A stretch of DNA of 15,870 bases. Source: Polyangiaceae bacterium. GTDB lineage: Bacteria; Myxococcota_A; Polyangia; Polyangiales; Polyangiaceae. Below are positions 7,196 through 15,309 of the stretch, in pieces; position 1 is the first letter of the stretch, and every line of letters starts with the position of its first letter. The notes below the pieces were generated by a model, which did not search any database, had not been told where the DNA came from, and saw only the letters and a program-made list of their open reading frames with translations. Position numbers and translations under genes: made by a program. Where the stretch lies: positions 1 to 15,870 of the forward strand of contig JBGANF010000162.1 of NCBI GenBank assembly GCA_044222475.1. Direction: 5' to 3'.

Positions 7196-7741
7196 TCAAC
7201 CACCGTCGCGCGCGAACGCCGCGCGCGCGGTCACCATCGCTGCCAGGAGCGGCGCCGGGTCGAGCTCATCGTAGAAAAACGCGTACGTCGGTCGCTCCGC
7301 ATGGATCGCGGGGTCGACGCGCCCGTCCGCCGAAAGGAAGAACGTCCGCGGGATGTATTCGCCGTCGATCGAGTAGCGCTTGCTGAGCTCGCTCCACAGA
7401 TCTCGGTCGACGCGGATCATGACGAAATCCCTCGCGGCGGCGACGACGCGCGGGTCTTTGAAGAGATGGCTGTACCGTTTGCAGTGCGGACACCAGGTCG
7501 TGAAGAACACCAAACAGATCGGCTTCCGCGTACGGGCGGCCTCCGCGATGCCGTCGGCGTACGGTCGCCATGCAACCTCGCCATCATTCCAATCCGCTTC
7601 GAGCCGTCCCGCATCGGGCCGCTCCGCCAGGGTCGTCGTCGTGGCCGATGGTGAGCCTGACACCGGCGGAGTCGCCTGTGGCGTCGCCTCGCACGCGAGC
7701 ACTGCGACGATTGCACCGGCGCCGACGACGCCGAACCGCAC
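7196..7741 (-). CDS. Thioredoxin-fold (WCPHC) lipoprotein, ERp19/AGR-like
   Basis: GTG 2 nt after the thiolase stop. Signal peptide with lipobox VLAC, Thr/Pro linker, then VAWRPYADGIAEAARTRKPICLVFFTTWCPHCK...DGEYIPRTFFL (cis-Pro loop). Confidence 0.85.
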   Translation of the reverse strand: MRFGVVGAGAIVAVLACEATPQATPPVSGSPSATTTTLAERPDAGRLEADWNDGEVAWRPYADGIAEAARTRKPICLVFFTTWCPHCKRYSHLFKDPRVVAAARDFVMIRVDRDLWSELSKRYSIDGEYIPRTFFLSADGRVDPAIHAERPTYAFFYDELDPAPLLAAMVTARAAFARDGG

Positions 7742-7743
7742 GC

Positions 7744-8925
7744 TCAGCGCTCGACGACCAGGGCGATCGCTTCGCCACCGCCGATGCAGATCGCCGCGGT
7801 GCCGCGCTTCGCGTTGCGATCCTTCATCGCGTGCACGAGCGTCGTCAGGATGCGCGCTCCGCTCGACCCGATCGGGTGACCGAGCGCCACCGCGCCGCCG
7901 CGCACGTTCACCTTCGTCGTCTCGATGCCGCAGAGCTTCGCCGTCACCATCGCGACGACCGCAAACGCCTCGTTGATCTCCCACAGGTCCACGTCGCTCG
8001 ACTTGATGCCGAGCTTCGCGTTCACCGCGTCGATCGCCTTCGCCGGCGCAGTCGTGAACCACTCCGGCGCCTGCGCCGCGTTCGCGTAGCCCATGATGCG
8101 ACCGAGCGGCTCCAGCTTGTGCTGCTTCACTGCCTTCTCGCTCGCGAGGATCAGCGCCGTCGCTCCGTCGTTGATCGGCGACGCGTTCGCCGCGGTGATC
8201 GTCCCGTCCTTCGAGAACGCCGGCTTCAGCGACGCGAACTTCGACGGGTCGCTTTTCGACGGCCCCTCGTCGACCTTCACGACGACCGGATCGCCCTTGC
8301 GCTGCGGCACCGACACCGGCTCGATCTCCGCGTCGAACATGCCTTCCTTCTGCGCTGCGAGCGCGCGCCGGTAGCTCTCCTTCGCGAACTCGTCCTGCTC
8401 TTCGCGCGTGAACTTGTACTCCTTCGCGCACGCGTCACCGCAGTTGCCCATGTGCACGTTGCCGTAGGGATCCCAGAGGCCGTCGAAGATCATCCCGTCG
8501 ACGAGCGTGCCGTTCCCCATGCGGTAACCGCTGCGCGCCTTGTCGAGGTAGTACGGCACGTTGCTCATCGACTCCATGCCGCCCGCGACCACGAGGTCCG
8601 CGTCGCCGAGGGCGATCGTCTTCGCGCCGAAGACCACCGCCTGCAGGCCGGAGCCGCACACCTTGCCGACCGTCGTCGCCGGGGTCGTGTTCGGGATGCC
8701 CGCGTAGATCATCGCCTGCCGTGCCGGCGCCTGGCCGATGCCGGCGCTGAGCACGTTCCCCATGAAGACCTCTTGGATCGTGTCCGGCGCGAGCTTGGCC
8801 CGAGCGAGTGCGCCCTTGATGGCGGCGGCGCCCAGGTGAGGCGCGGTCACTCCGGCGAGCGCGCCCTGGAAGGCGCCGATGGGGGTACGAGCAGCTGCGA
8901 CAATGTAGACGGGTGCGAGGGCCAT
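7744..8925 (-). CDS. atoB: Acetyl-CoA C-acetyltransferase (thiolase II)
   Basis: ARTPIGAF, KVCGSG (nucleophile Cys), AGGMESMS, EINEAF, GHPIGSSG, CIGGG; 393 aa from ATG 8925. Confidence 0.95.
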   Translation of the reverse strand: MALAPVYIVAAARTPIGAFQGALAGVTAPHLGAAAIKGALARAKLAPDTIQEVFMGNVLSAGIGQAPARQAMIYAGIPNTTPATTVGKVCGSGLQAVVFGAKTIALGDADLVVAGGMESMSNVPYYLDKARSGYRMGNGTLVDGMIFDGLWDPYGNVHMGNCGDACAKEYKFTREEQDEFAKESYRRALAAQKEGMFDAEIEPVSVPQRKGDPVVVKVDEGPSKSDPSKFASLKPAFSKDGTITAANASPINDGATALILASEKAVKQHKLEPLGRIMGYANAAQAPEWFTTAPAKAIDAVNAKLGIKSSDVDLWEINEAFAVVAMVTAKLCGIETTKVNVRGGAVALGHPIGSSGARILTTLVHAMKDRNAKRGTAAICIGGGEAIALVVER

Positions 8926-8974
8926 GATGGATGTCTTATCCCGCGCGATCGGTTTGCTGGCAAGATGCCCCGAC

Positions 8975-10234
8975 GTGGACCGCCCTCTTCCTTGCCCACT
9001 CTGCGGTGGCGCCCACCCGGCCGACGCCCAGGTCTGCCCGGTGACCGGCAAATCCGTGCCCCGGGGCGCGAGCGGCCTGCCCAAGCTGAAGTCCTTCGCA
9101 ATGGAGACCCTCGACGACGAGGACACGCGACGCGGAAACCCGAAGCCGGCCTCGGTGCGGCCCCCGAAGACCTCCGGCCCGGCCGCGCTGCTGGGCGAGG
9201 TGATCGCCGGAAAGTACAAGCTCAACGCGGTCCTCGGCGTCGGCGGGATGGGCACCGTCTACGACGGCGAGCACGTCCAGCTCGGCCGGCCGGTCGCGGT
9301 GAAGGTGCTCATCCGGACCCCGACGACGAGCGGCGCCAACGCCGAGAAGCGGTTCCTGAAAGAAGCCCGCTCGGCCGGCGCACTCGCCCACCCCAACATC
9401 TGCCAAGTGTTCGACTTCGGCACGACCGGCAACGGCGCGTCCTACCTCGTGATGGAGAAGCTCGTCGGCGAGACGCTCGGCCAGCGGCTCGCGCACACGC
9501 GAAAGCTCCCGATCGAGGAGGCGGTGTCGATCATCCTCCAAGTGCTCGACGGTCTCGGCGCCGCGCACGAGCAGAACATCCTCCACCGCGACGTGAAGCC
9601 AGAGAACGTGTTCCTCGCGTCCGTGCCGGGGGGCGGCGAGATGGTGAAGCTCCTCGACTTCGGCATCGCCAAGAACATGTCGTCGCACGGCGGAACGCTC
9701 GACACGTTGACCCAGCACGGCATGGTGATGGGAACGCCGCACTACATGTCGCCCGAGCAGGCGCGCGGAAAGCGCGACCTCGACGCGCGCGTCGACCTCT
9801 ACGCGTGCGGCGTCATGCTCTACGAAATGCTCGCTGGCGTGCGTCCGTTCGAGGCGCCGATGGCGAACGACATCCTCCTCCAGATCGTGCGCAACGCGCC
9901 GACCGGAGTGAGCTCGCATCGCCCCGACGTCCCACCCGAGCTCGAGCGCGTCGTCCTGCGCGCGATGCGCAAGGAGCGCAACGACCGCTTCGCCACCGCC
10001 GAGGAGTTCGTCGGCGAGCTCCGCGCGGTGCGCTTGGACCGGCGCCCGCGCGTCCCCGCGCCAGCGAGCAGCACGAACGTCGTGAACCCCTACCCGCAGC
10101 GGAAGGACGCGGTGACGGTGCACCGCGGCAAGACGCCGCCGCAGCAGGAGGAGCTGCCGTCGCGCGTCGATCTCACGGATCTCGACGTCATGCGTACGAT
10201 CGAGGACCCGAACCCCCCTTCCGACGAGGATTGA
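8975..10234 (+). CDS. Hanks-type Ser/Thr protein kinase with N-terminal C-x2-C-x3-H-x6-C zinc-ribbon-like motif; no TM seen
   Basis: GVGGMG, VAVK, HRDVKPEN, DFG, GTPHYMSPEQ, DLY. GTG 8975 places the first Cys at residue 7, as in the paralog, and avoids overlap with the thiolase start. Confidence 0.95.
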   Translation: MDRPLPCPLCGGAHPADAQVCPVTGKSVPRGASGLPKLKSFAMETLDDEDTRRGNPKPASVRPPKTSGPAALLGEVIAGKYKLNAVLGVGGMGTVYDGEHVQLGRPVAVKVLIRTPTTSGANAEKRFLKEARSAGALAHPNICQVFDFGTTGNGASYLVMEKLVGETLGQRLAHTRKLPIEEAVSIILQVLDGLGAAHEQNILHRDVKPENVFLASVPGGGEMVKLLDFGIAKNMSSHGGTLDTLTQHGMVMGTPHYMSPEQARGKRDLDARVDLYACGVMLYEMLAGVRPFEAPMANDILLQIVRNAPTGVSSHRPDVPPELERVVLRAMRKERNDRFATAEEFVGELRAVRLDRRPRVPAPASSTNVVNPYPQRKDAVTVHRGKTPPQQEELPSRVDLTDLDVMRTIEDPNPPSDED

Positions 10235-10273
10235 CGGCAGCTCTCGATTTTACGCTACGCTCGTGATCTTCCG

Positions 10274-11686
10274 ATGACGCGTTCGATCCGCTGTCCGCAC
10301 TGCGGCGCGCCGCACGATGTGGGCACGACCGTGTGCCCGCTGACGAAGCGGCCGATCGTGACCGGACCGGCAGCCGTCGGCGGCGCGCCGATTCCGCCGA
10401 CCGCGACGCCGAGCGATCCGACGCGGAAGGGGCCCCCACCGTCGTCCAAGAAGGGCGGCGCTGCCAGGCGGGAGCTTCTCGGCCAAACGATCGACGGCAA
10501 GTTCAGGGTGCGCGCGATCCTCGGCGAAGGCGGGATGGGCACGGTCTTCGAAGCCGAGCACGTCGCGATTGGCCGTCTCGTCGCGGTGAAGGTCCTGCAC
10601 CCAGCCCAGGCGTCGAAGAAGGTCGCGGTGAAGCGCTTTCACCAAGAGGCACGAGCGGCCGGCGGCATCGGTCACCCGAACATCTGCGAGGTCTACGACA
10701 TCGGCACGTTGGCCGACGGAAGCCCGTACCTCGTCATGGAGCGCCTCCACGGCGAGACCCTCGCCTCGCGCGTCAGCGCCGAGGGTGGGCTCCCCTTCGA
10801 CGACGTCATCGACATCGCCGAAGGCGTCCTCGCCGCGCTGGCCGCCGCACACGAGCGTGGGATCCTTCACCGCGACATCAAGCCGGAGAACGTGTTCCTC
10901 ACCCGCCGCGGCGGCGTGCCGACCGGTGTGAAGATCCTCGACTTCGGCGTCTCCAAGATCACCGCCGCCGTCGCCGGCGACTGGGAGGACGACACCGATC
11001 TCACGAAGACCGGCATGGTGATGGGCACTCCCTACTACATGTCGCCGGAGCAAGCGCGCGGCGAGCGCAACCTCGACGGCCGCGTCGACGTGTACGCGAC
11101 CGGAGTCCTGATCTACGAGGCCCTCACCGCGCGACGGCCGTTCCTCGCGTCGAACTACAACTCGCTGCTCCTGCAGATCCTCTCGGCGAACCCGATCCCC
11201 CCGAACGAGCTCCGGCCGTCCATCCCTCGCGCGCTCAGCGACGTGGTGCTCAAGGCGATGTCGAAGAAGCGCGAGGACCGGTTCTCTTCGGCGCAGGAGT
11301 TCTCGAAGGCGCTCGAGGCGTGCCGGGTCGATCGCCACTCGAAGACCGGGCCGCGCGGTGCCGCGAAGTCCAGCGTCGACCCGCTGGCGCTCAGCTCGGT
11401 CGAGATCCCCATCACGTTCAGCGAAGACGCCGACGACTTCGAGCAGACGACGTCGCCCGTCATGGCGCTGCCGAAGCTGACCCCCCGCGACGACGGCTCG
11501 CCGTACGACGACGGCGACTCGGACGAGACGGTCCGGGTCGACAGCCGCGAGCTGCCCAAGAAGCGTCCCGGGTCGGGCAACTTCGACGAGGCGACCGAGC
11601 GCATGCAGAGCCACGAGGTCGAGTCGATCGCCCAGGCGCTTCGCGAAGCGCGCGACCGGGAGCGCGAGCGGAAGAAGAAGAAGTAG
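10274..11686 (+). CDS. Hanks-type Ser/Thr protein kinase, tandem paralog with the same zinc-ribbon-like N-terminus and an acidic disordered tail
   Basis: CPHCGAPH...CPLT, GEGGMG, VAVK, HRDIKPEN, DFG, GTPYYMSPEQ, DVY. Confidence 0.95.
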   Translation: MTRSIRCPHCGAPHDVGTTVCPLTKRPIVTGPAAVGGAPIPPTATPSDPTRKGPPPSSKKGGAARRELLGQTIDGKFRVRAILGEGGMGTVFEAEHVAIGRLVAVKVLHPAQASKKVAVKRFHQEARAAGGIGHPNICEVYDIGTLADGSPYLVMERLHGETLASRVSAEGGLPFDDVIDIAEGVLAALAAAHERGILHRDIKPENVFLTRRGGVPTGVKILDFGVSKITAAVAGDWEDDTDLTKTGMVMGTPYYMSPEQARGERNLDGRVDVYATGVLIYEALTARRPFLASNYNSLLLQILSANPIPPNELRPSIPRALSDVVLKAMSKKREDRFSSAQEFSKALEACRVDRHSKTGPRGAAKSSVDPLALSSVEIPITFSEDADDFEQTTSPVMALPKLTPRDDGSPYDDGDSDETVRVDSRELPKKRPGSGNFDEATERMQSHEVESIAQALREARDRERERKKKK

Positions 11687-11697
11687 CCGCGAGCTGG

Positions 11698-12540
11698 CTA
11701 CACGAGCGCCGCGCGGGCCGAGCGCGCTGCGTCGTCCCGCTCTTTGAGCGACTCGAGGATGATGACCGCGGTCTCTTCGATCGCGCGACCCGTCACGTCG
11801 ATCACCGGCCAGTGCGGGTGGGCGGCGAAGATCTTCTGGCCATACGCGAGCTCCTCCTTCACCTGCTCGAGGAGGCCGTAGTTCGCATCCATCGGCATGC
11901 CGAGCTGCTTCAGGCGCGCCTTGCGGATCTCGACGAGCTGGTTGATCTCGATCGTGAGCCCGACGACGCGATCTTGCGGGGCTTGCTCCAGCTCCGGTGG
12001 CGGCTCGATCCCGAGGACGATGGGGAGGTTCGCGACCTTGAGCCCGCGCTGCGCGAGCAGCGTCGACAGCGGCGTCTTCGACGTGCGGCTCACGCCGACG
12101 AGGACGAGGTCGGCCTTGCGGAAGTTGCGCGGCTCCTTGCCGTCGTCGCTCTTGACCGTGAACTCGACAGCCTCGATGCGGCGGAAGTACTCGTCGGACA
12201 AGGGGAGCATCGCGCTCGGCATGTTGATCGGCTCGCGATCGAGGAAGGTCCCTAGCTTGCCGATGAGCGAGCCGATGAGATCGAGTGACTCGATCTTGAG
12301 CTCGTAGGACTGTTGGTGGATGTACTCGCGTAGCTCGGGGCTGACGACGGTGAAGACGACGAGGGCGCCGTCCTTCGCTGCGCGCTCGAGCACCGGTCGC
12401 GCCGCCTCTTTCGTGCGGATGCGGGTGTGGAGCCGAATCATCCCGCCGGAGTGGGGGAACTGGAGCATCGCTGCGCGCACCACCTTCTCCGCCGTCTCGC
12501 CGGTGGAGTCACTCAGGATCTCGATGCGCTTACCTTCCAT
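11698..12540 (-). CDS. ppsR: Pyruvate,water dikinase / PPDK regulatory protein (DUF299 kinase/pyrophosphorylase)
   Basis: ILSDSTGETAE, YFRRIEAVEFTVKSDDG, GVSRTSKTP, KVANLP, IDVTGRAIEETA; ATG 12540 with GAGG upstream. Confidence 0.93.
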   Translation of the reverse strand: MEGKRIEILSDSTGETAEKVVRAAMLQFPHSGGMIRLHTRIRTKEAARPVLERAAKDGALVVFTVVSPELREYIHQQSYELKIESLDLIGSLIGKLGTFLDREPINMPSAMLPLSDEYFRRIEAVEFTVKSDDGKEPRNFRKADLVLVGVSRTSKTPLSTLLAQRGLKVANLPIVLGIEPPPELEQAPQDRVVGLTIEINQLVEIRKARLKQLGMPMDANYGLLEQVKEELAYGQKIFAAHPHWPVIDVTGRAIEETAVIILESLKERDDAARSARAALV

Positions 12541-12546
12541 CCGTTG

Positions 12547-12591
12547 CCTCGCGAAAATCATAGCGGAGATCGTGCTAGAATCGAAAGAACC
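12547..12591. promoter_or_regulatory. Back-to-back divergent sigma70-type -10 elements
   Basis: Minus strand TATGAT (12557-12562) upstream of the dikinase regulator; plus strand extended -10 TGcTAGAAT (12573-12581) 10 nt before GTG 12592. Confidence 0.5.
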
Positions 12592-13047
12592 GTGTCGGAA
12601 ACGAATCGGCCCCAGTCCGGGTGGCACGTCGACGCCAGCATCGCGGCGCGATGGATCCTCGTCGGTTTGTGCGTCGGCATCGCGGTCACCTACGTCGCGA
12701 TGGCGGAGCGCCACCGGAGCGAGCGCGAGTCGCTCACCAACGCGCTCGCCAGCGCGAACGTCGCGCGCGCGGCTGACAGCGTCCTCGCGGTGCAGGCGGC
12801 GGCAAGCGCGAGCCAGGCGGGCTTCAACGCCGGGCTCGCGGCGGCGCCGTCGTGCCCACCCGCGCCGTCGGTGGTCGTGCGCACCGGCGGTGGCAGCGGT
12901 GGCGGCGGCAAGTCGGGCGGCGGCGAGATCGACGACTCGGCCATGCTCGGGCCGCTCCTCGGCGCGGCGATGGGAGCCATGGGTGGGGGCGGTGGAGGCG
13001 CGCCCAGCAGCATGCCGAGCGGGACGGGGCCTATCCCGCTTCCGTGA
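12592..13047 (+). CDS. Hypothetical single-pass membrane protein with helical stalk and Gly/Pro-rich tail
   Basis: TM WILVGLCVGIAVTYVAM, Ala-rich helix, GGGSGGGGKSGGG and MLGPLLGAAMGAMGGGGGG; start chosen to avoid overlap with the divergent gene. Confidence 0.65.
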   Translation: MSETNRPQSGWHVDASIAARWILVGLCVGIAVTYVAMAERHRSERESLTNALASANVARAADSVLAVQAAASASQAGFNAGLAAAPSCPPAPSVVVRTGGGSGGGGKSGGGEIDDSAMLGPLLGAAMGAMGGGGGGAPSSMPSGTGPIPLP

Positions 13048-13061
13048 CGAGGCTCACGGAA
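13040..13061. terminator. Hairpin spanning both stop codons of a convergent gene pair
   Basis: TTCCGTGA-CGAGGC-TCACGGAA: 8-bp perfect stem. Confidence 0.35.
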
Positions 13062-13500
13062 AGTCTGGATACGTGCACAGCAACGCCTGCGAGCACAGCG
13101 GCGCCATGTCCATCGTACACGCCACGCCGCGGGGGCACCGCGAGTAGCGAACGAGCGCGCACGTCGACCCATCGGGGCAACCGGCGTCGAACGCGCAACT
13201 GACGGCCGGGACGCAGCCGGGACTCGTGATCGTCAGGCCTCCGTCCGGCACCGGCGCTACGTCCGGAGCGCACGTGGGCGCTTCCATCGGTTGGCAGCCC
13301 TTCGGGCACGCCGCCACCGGATACGAGGCGCACCAGTTGTGGGAGATGCGGTCGGTCGATGCGTCGCCGGCGGGAGTGTGACTTCCGTCCGGCAGATCGA
13401 CTCCCGACGCGATCTCGCCACCGCACCCGACGAGCATGCCGAATGCGATCATGAAGCCAAGTCTGACGCCAGCGGCGCACCGATCACTCTGCGGCCGCAT
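13054..13500 (-). CDS. Cys-rich putative lipoprotein
   Basis: Hydrophobic stretch ending MLVG-CGG, acidic linker, 12 further Cys in the mature part. Confidence 0.65.
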   Translation of the reverse strand: MRPQSDRCAAGVRLGFMIAFGMLVGCGGEIASGVDLPDGSHTPAGDASTDRISHNWCASYPVAACPKGCQPMEAPTCAPDVAPVPDGGLTITSPGCVPAVSCAFDAGCPDGSTCALVRYSRCPRGVACTMDMAPLCSQALLCTYPDFP

Positions 13501-13810
13501 CGGACCCCGCGCAGGTGTAACGGCAAAGGCCCTGGCATCCCATCTCGTATCGTCGACGGGGGGCGCTCCAATAGCATTCGCAACCCGAGCACCAGAGGCC
13601 GTTCATCGAGCACTTCGTGCCCGGCGGGCAGTAGACGACGGCCCCGTCGCATTGGGTGAGGAAGCACTCGGGGTAAGCGACCGCATCGGTCGAGGTGACC
13701 GCGTCACCGGGTCCCGTCGCGTCCGTGGCCGCGTCGTCCAACACCGGAGCTTCGGCGCCGCCGCACGCGAGGGCAACGAACATCCAACAGGTAGCGAACG
13801 TCCGGCTCAT
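13484..13810 (-). CDS. Cys-rich putative lipoprotein (108 aa)
   Basis: MSRTFATCWMFVALA-CGG lipobox, DAATDATGPGDA linker, 10 further Cys. Confidence 0.7.
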   Translation of the reverse strand: MSRTFATCWMFVALACGGAEAPVLDDAATDATGPGDAVTSTDAVAYPECFLTQCDGAVVYCPPGTKCSMNGLWCSGCECYWSAPRRRYEMGCQGLCRYTCAGSDAAAE

Positions 13811-13812
13811 GT

Positions 13813-13835
13813 GAATCCGCTCTTCGCGGATTCTA
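13813..13835. promoter_or_regulatory. Perfect inverted repeat overlapping a -10-like TAGAAT between pyrE and the lipoprotein gene
   Basis: GAATCCGC-TCTTC-GCGGATTC (13813-13833); minus strand TAGAAT at 13830-13835. Confidence 0.4.
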
Positions 13836-13838
13836 GCC

Positions 13839-14405
13839 TCAATCGTTGGTGATCGCTGCGTCGCCCATGAAGTCGTCTCGCGTGTAGAGCGAGCGCACTT
13901 CGAGGCCGGCGGCTTCCAGGTTCTGTCGGCCACCCTCTTTGCGATCGACGAGCGCCACGACGCCGACGACCTCGTAACCTGCCGCGCGGAGCTTCTCGGT
14001 CGCTTTCAGCGTCGAGCCGCCGGTCGTGATCACGTCCTCGACGAGGACGACGCGCGAATTCGGTGCAAGATGCACGTTTCCTTCGAGGTCCCGCTTCGAG
14101 CCGTGATCCTTCGCGTCCTTGCGGACGTAGATCGCGTCGATCGGGGCGCCGCGCTGGAAGCTGCGCAGCGACACCGCGCTCGCGAGCGGGCAGCCGCCGA
14201 GCTCGACTCCGGCGACGGCCGCGAGGCGCGGGAAGTCACGCAGAAGATCGAACAGCAGCTCGCCGACGAGCGCGTGGCCCTCGGCCGTGAGCACCGTCTG
14301 CTTGCAGTCGATGAAGAAGTCGCTCTCCTTGCCGGACGCGAGGACGACCTTCTTCTTCGCGAACGAGCGCTCCACGAGGAGCGCCAGAAGCCGCTCGCGC
14401 TGCAC
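13839..14405 (-). CDS. pyrE: Orotate phosphoribosyltransferase
   Basis: VLASGKESDFFIDCK, GVELGG, YVRKDAKDHG, PRPP loop VVLVEDVITTGGS, LVDR. Confidence 0.95.
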   Translation of the reverse strand: MQRERLLALLVERSFAKKKVVLASGKESDFFIDCKQTVLTAEGHALVGELLFDLLRDFPRLAAVAGVELGGCPLASAVSLRSFQRGAPIDAIYVRKDAKDHGSKRDLEGNVHLAPNSRVVLVEDVITTGGSTLKATEKLRAAGYEVVGVVALVDRKEGGRQNLEAAGLEVRSLYTRDDFMGDAAITND

Positions 14406-14408
14406 CGA

Positions 14409-14969
14409 TCAGCCTCGCTTCTTTGCGAGCGTGCCCTTCGCGCCCTTCTTGAGGACGGGAACGACGGGCTTCGGCGCGACGCGCGCGCCGGACAGGGTGA
14501 CGACCGCCTTCTTCGCGGGCGGCGGAGGCGGCGGCGGCGCCTTCTTGGCCGGCGGCGGCGGCGCCTTCTTGGCGGCCGGCGGCGGAGCCGGAGCACGCGC
14601 GGGCGCGCGGGCCGGTGCAGCAGCCGCGCGCGGCTTGCTCGCCCCAGCCGCACCGGTCTGCACGTAGCCCTTGAGGAGCGCGCCTTGCGCGATCGCGATG
14701 CGCGGCGCGCGCACGTCGCCGACGACGCGCGCGCCTTCTTCGAGGTGGACCGACTCGGTCGCGACGAGGTCGCCGCGGACCGCGCCGCGCACGATGATGC
14801 GTGCAGACTGCAAGTCTGCGCCGACCGTGCCGGTGGGGCCGATCACGACCTCGCCCGAGGCCTCGATCTCGCCTTCGACGTGACCGTGGATCTCGAGGTC
14901 CTGGCCGCCGAGGATGCGACCACGAACGCGCGTGCCCTGACCGAGAACCGTGAGCTCGCTCCGCGCCAT
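14409..14969 (-). CDS. bacP: Bactofilin with Pro/Ala/Lys-rich C-terminal tail (BacP-like)
   Basis: Bactofilin domain TVLGQGTRVRG...DLEIHGHVEGEI...VGDVRAPRIAIAQGALLKG plus a low-complexity basic tail; third gene of the trio. Symbol assigned by position and architecture. Confidence 0.85.
   Translation of the reverse strand: MARSELTVLGQGTRVRGRILGGQDLEIHGHVEGEIEASGEVVIGPTGTVGADLQSARIIVRGAVRGDLVATESVHLEEGARVVGDVRAPRIAIAQGALLKGYVQTGAAGASKPRAAAAPARAPARAPAPPPAAKKAPPPPAKKAPPPPPPPAKKAVVTLSGARVAPKPVVPVLKKGAKGTLAKKRG
14527..14574. repeat. 24-bp tandem repeat (2 copies, 1 mismatch) encoding AKKAPPPP; a third degenerate AKKA unit lies at about 14505-14516
   Basis: ggcggcggcggcgccttcttggcc / ggcggcggcggcgccttcttggcg. 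Confidence 0.8.
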
Positions 14970-14971
14970 GA

Positions 14972-15286
14972 TCAGACGTCCATGTCGACGTTGCCCTTGA
15001 ACTGGGCGCCGTCCGCGATGGTGATCCGCGTCGCCTTCACGTTGCCGACGACGCGCGCGCCTGCCTGCAGGTCGACGCGATCGGACGAGACGATGTTGCC
15101 GGTGACGACGCCGGCGACGGCCATCGGCCCGCCGTGGATGTCCGCCTCGACGACGGCGCCCGCTTCGACGGTGACGCCCTCTTTCGCCGACAGCTTGCCG
15201 CGGATCGTGCCCTGCACGACCACGTCTTCGTCTGCCGTGACCTCACCCTCGATGGTGATCCCTGCGCCAATGACCGTGCTCGCCAT
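14972..15286 (-). CDS. bacO: Bactofilin (BacO-like), minimal single domain
   Basis: MASTVIGAGITIEGEVTADEDVVVQG...IADGAQFKGNVDMDV; AGGAAAGGA upstream. Confidence 0.88.
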   Translation of the reverse strand: MASTVIGAGITIEGEVTADEDVVVQGTIRGKLSAKEGVTVEAGAVVEADIHGGPMAVAGVVTGNIVSSDRVDLQAGARVVGNVKATRITIADGAQFKGNVDMDV

Positions 15287-15309
15287 CTCCGTTTCCTTTC
15301 CTTCCGCGC

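Noticed and set aside
10231..10261. TTGACG ... TACGCT internal promoter for kinase 2
   Set aside because: Spacers are 14 or 19 nt, and the -35 overlaps the upstream stop codon; too weak to call.
7570..10266. 898-aa plus-strand ORF, and similar long Arg-rich ORFs (1884-3245, 10333-12255, 14070-15428, 8936-10123, 10250-11614)
   Set aside because: Off-frame or antisense products of high-GC codon bias overlapping well-supported genes.
13054..13810. Cys-rich ORFs as RiPP precursors or c-type cytochromes
   Set aside because: No modifying enzymes nearby and no CxxCH motifs; lipoboxes fit exported disulfide-bonded proteins better.
14505..14586. GC-rich repeats as a CRISPR or mobile repeat
   Set aside because: In-frame coding repeats of Pro/Ala/Lys with no spacers.
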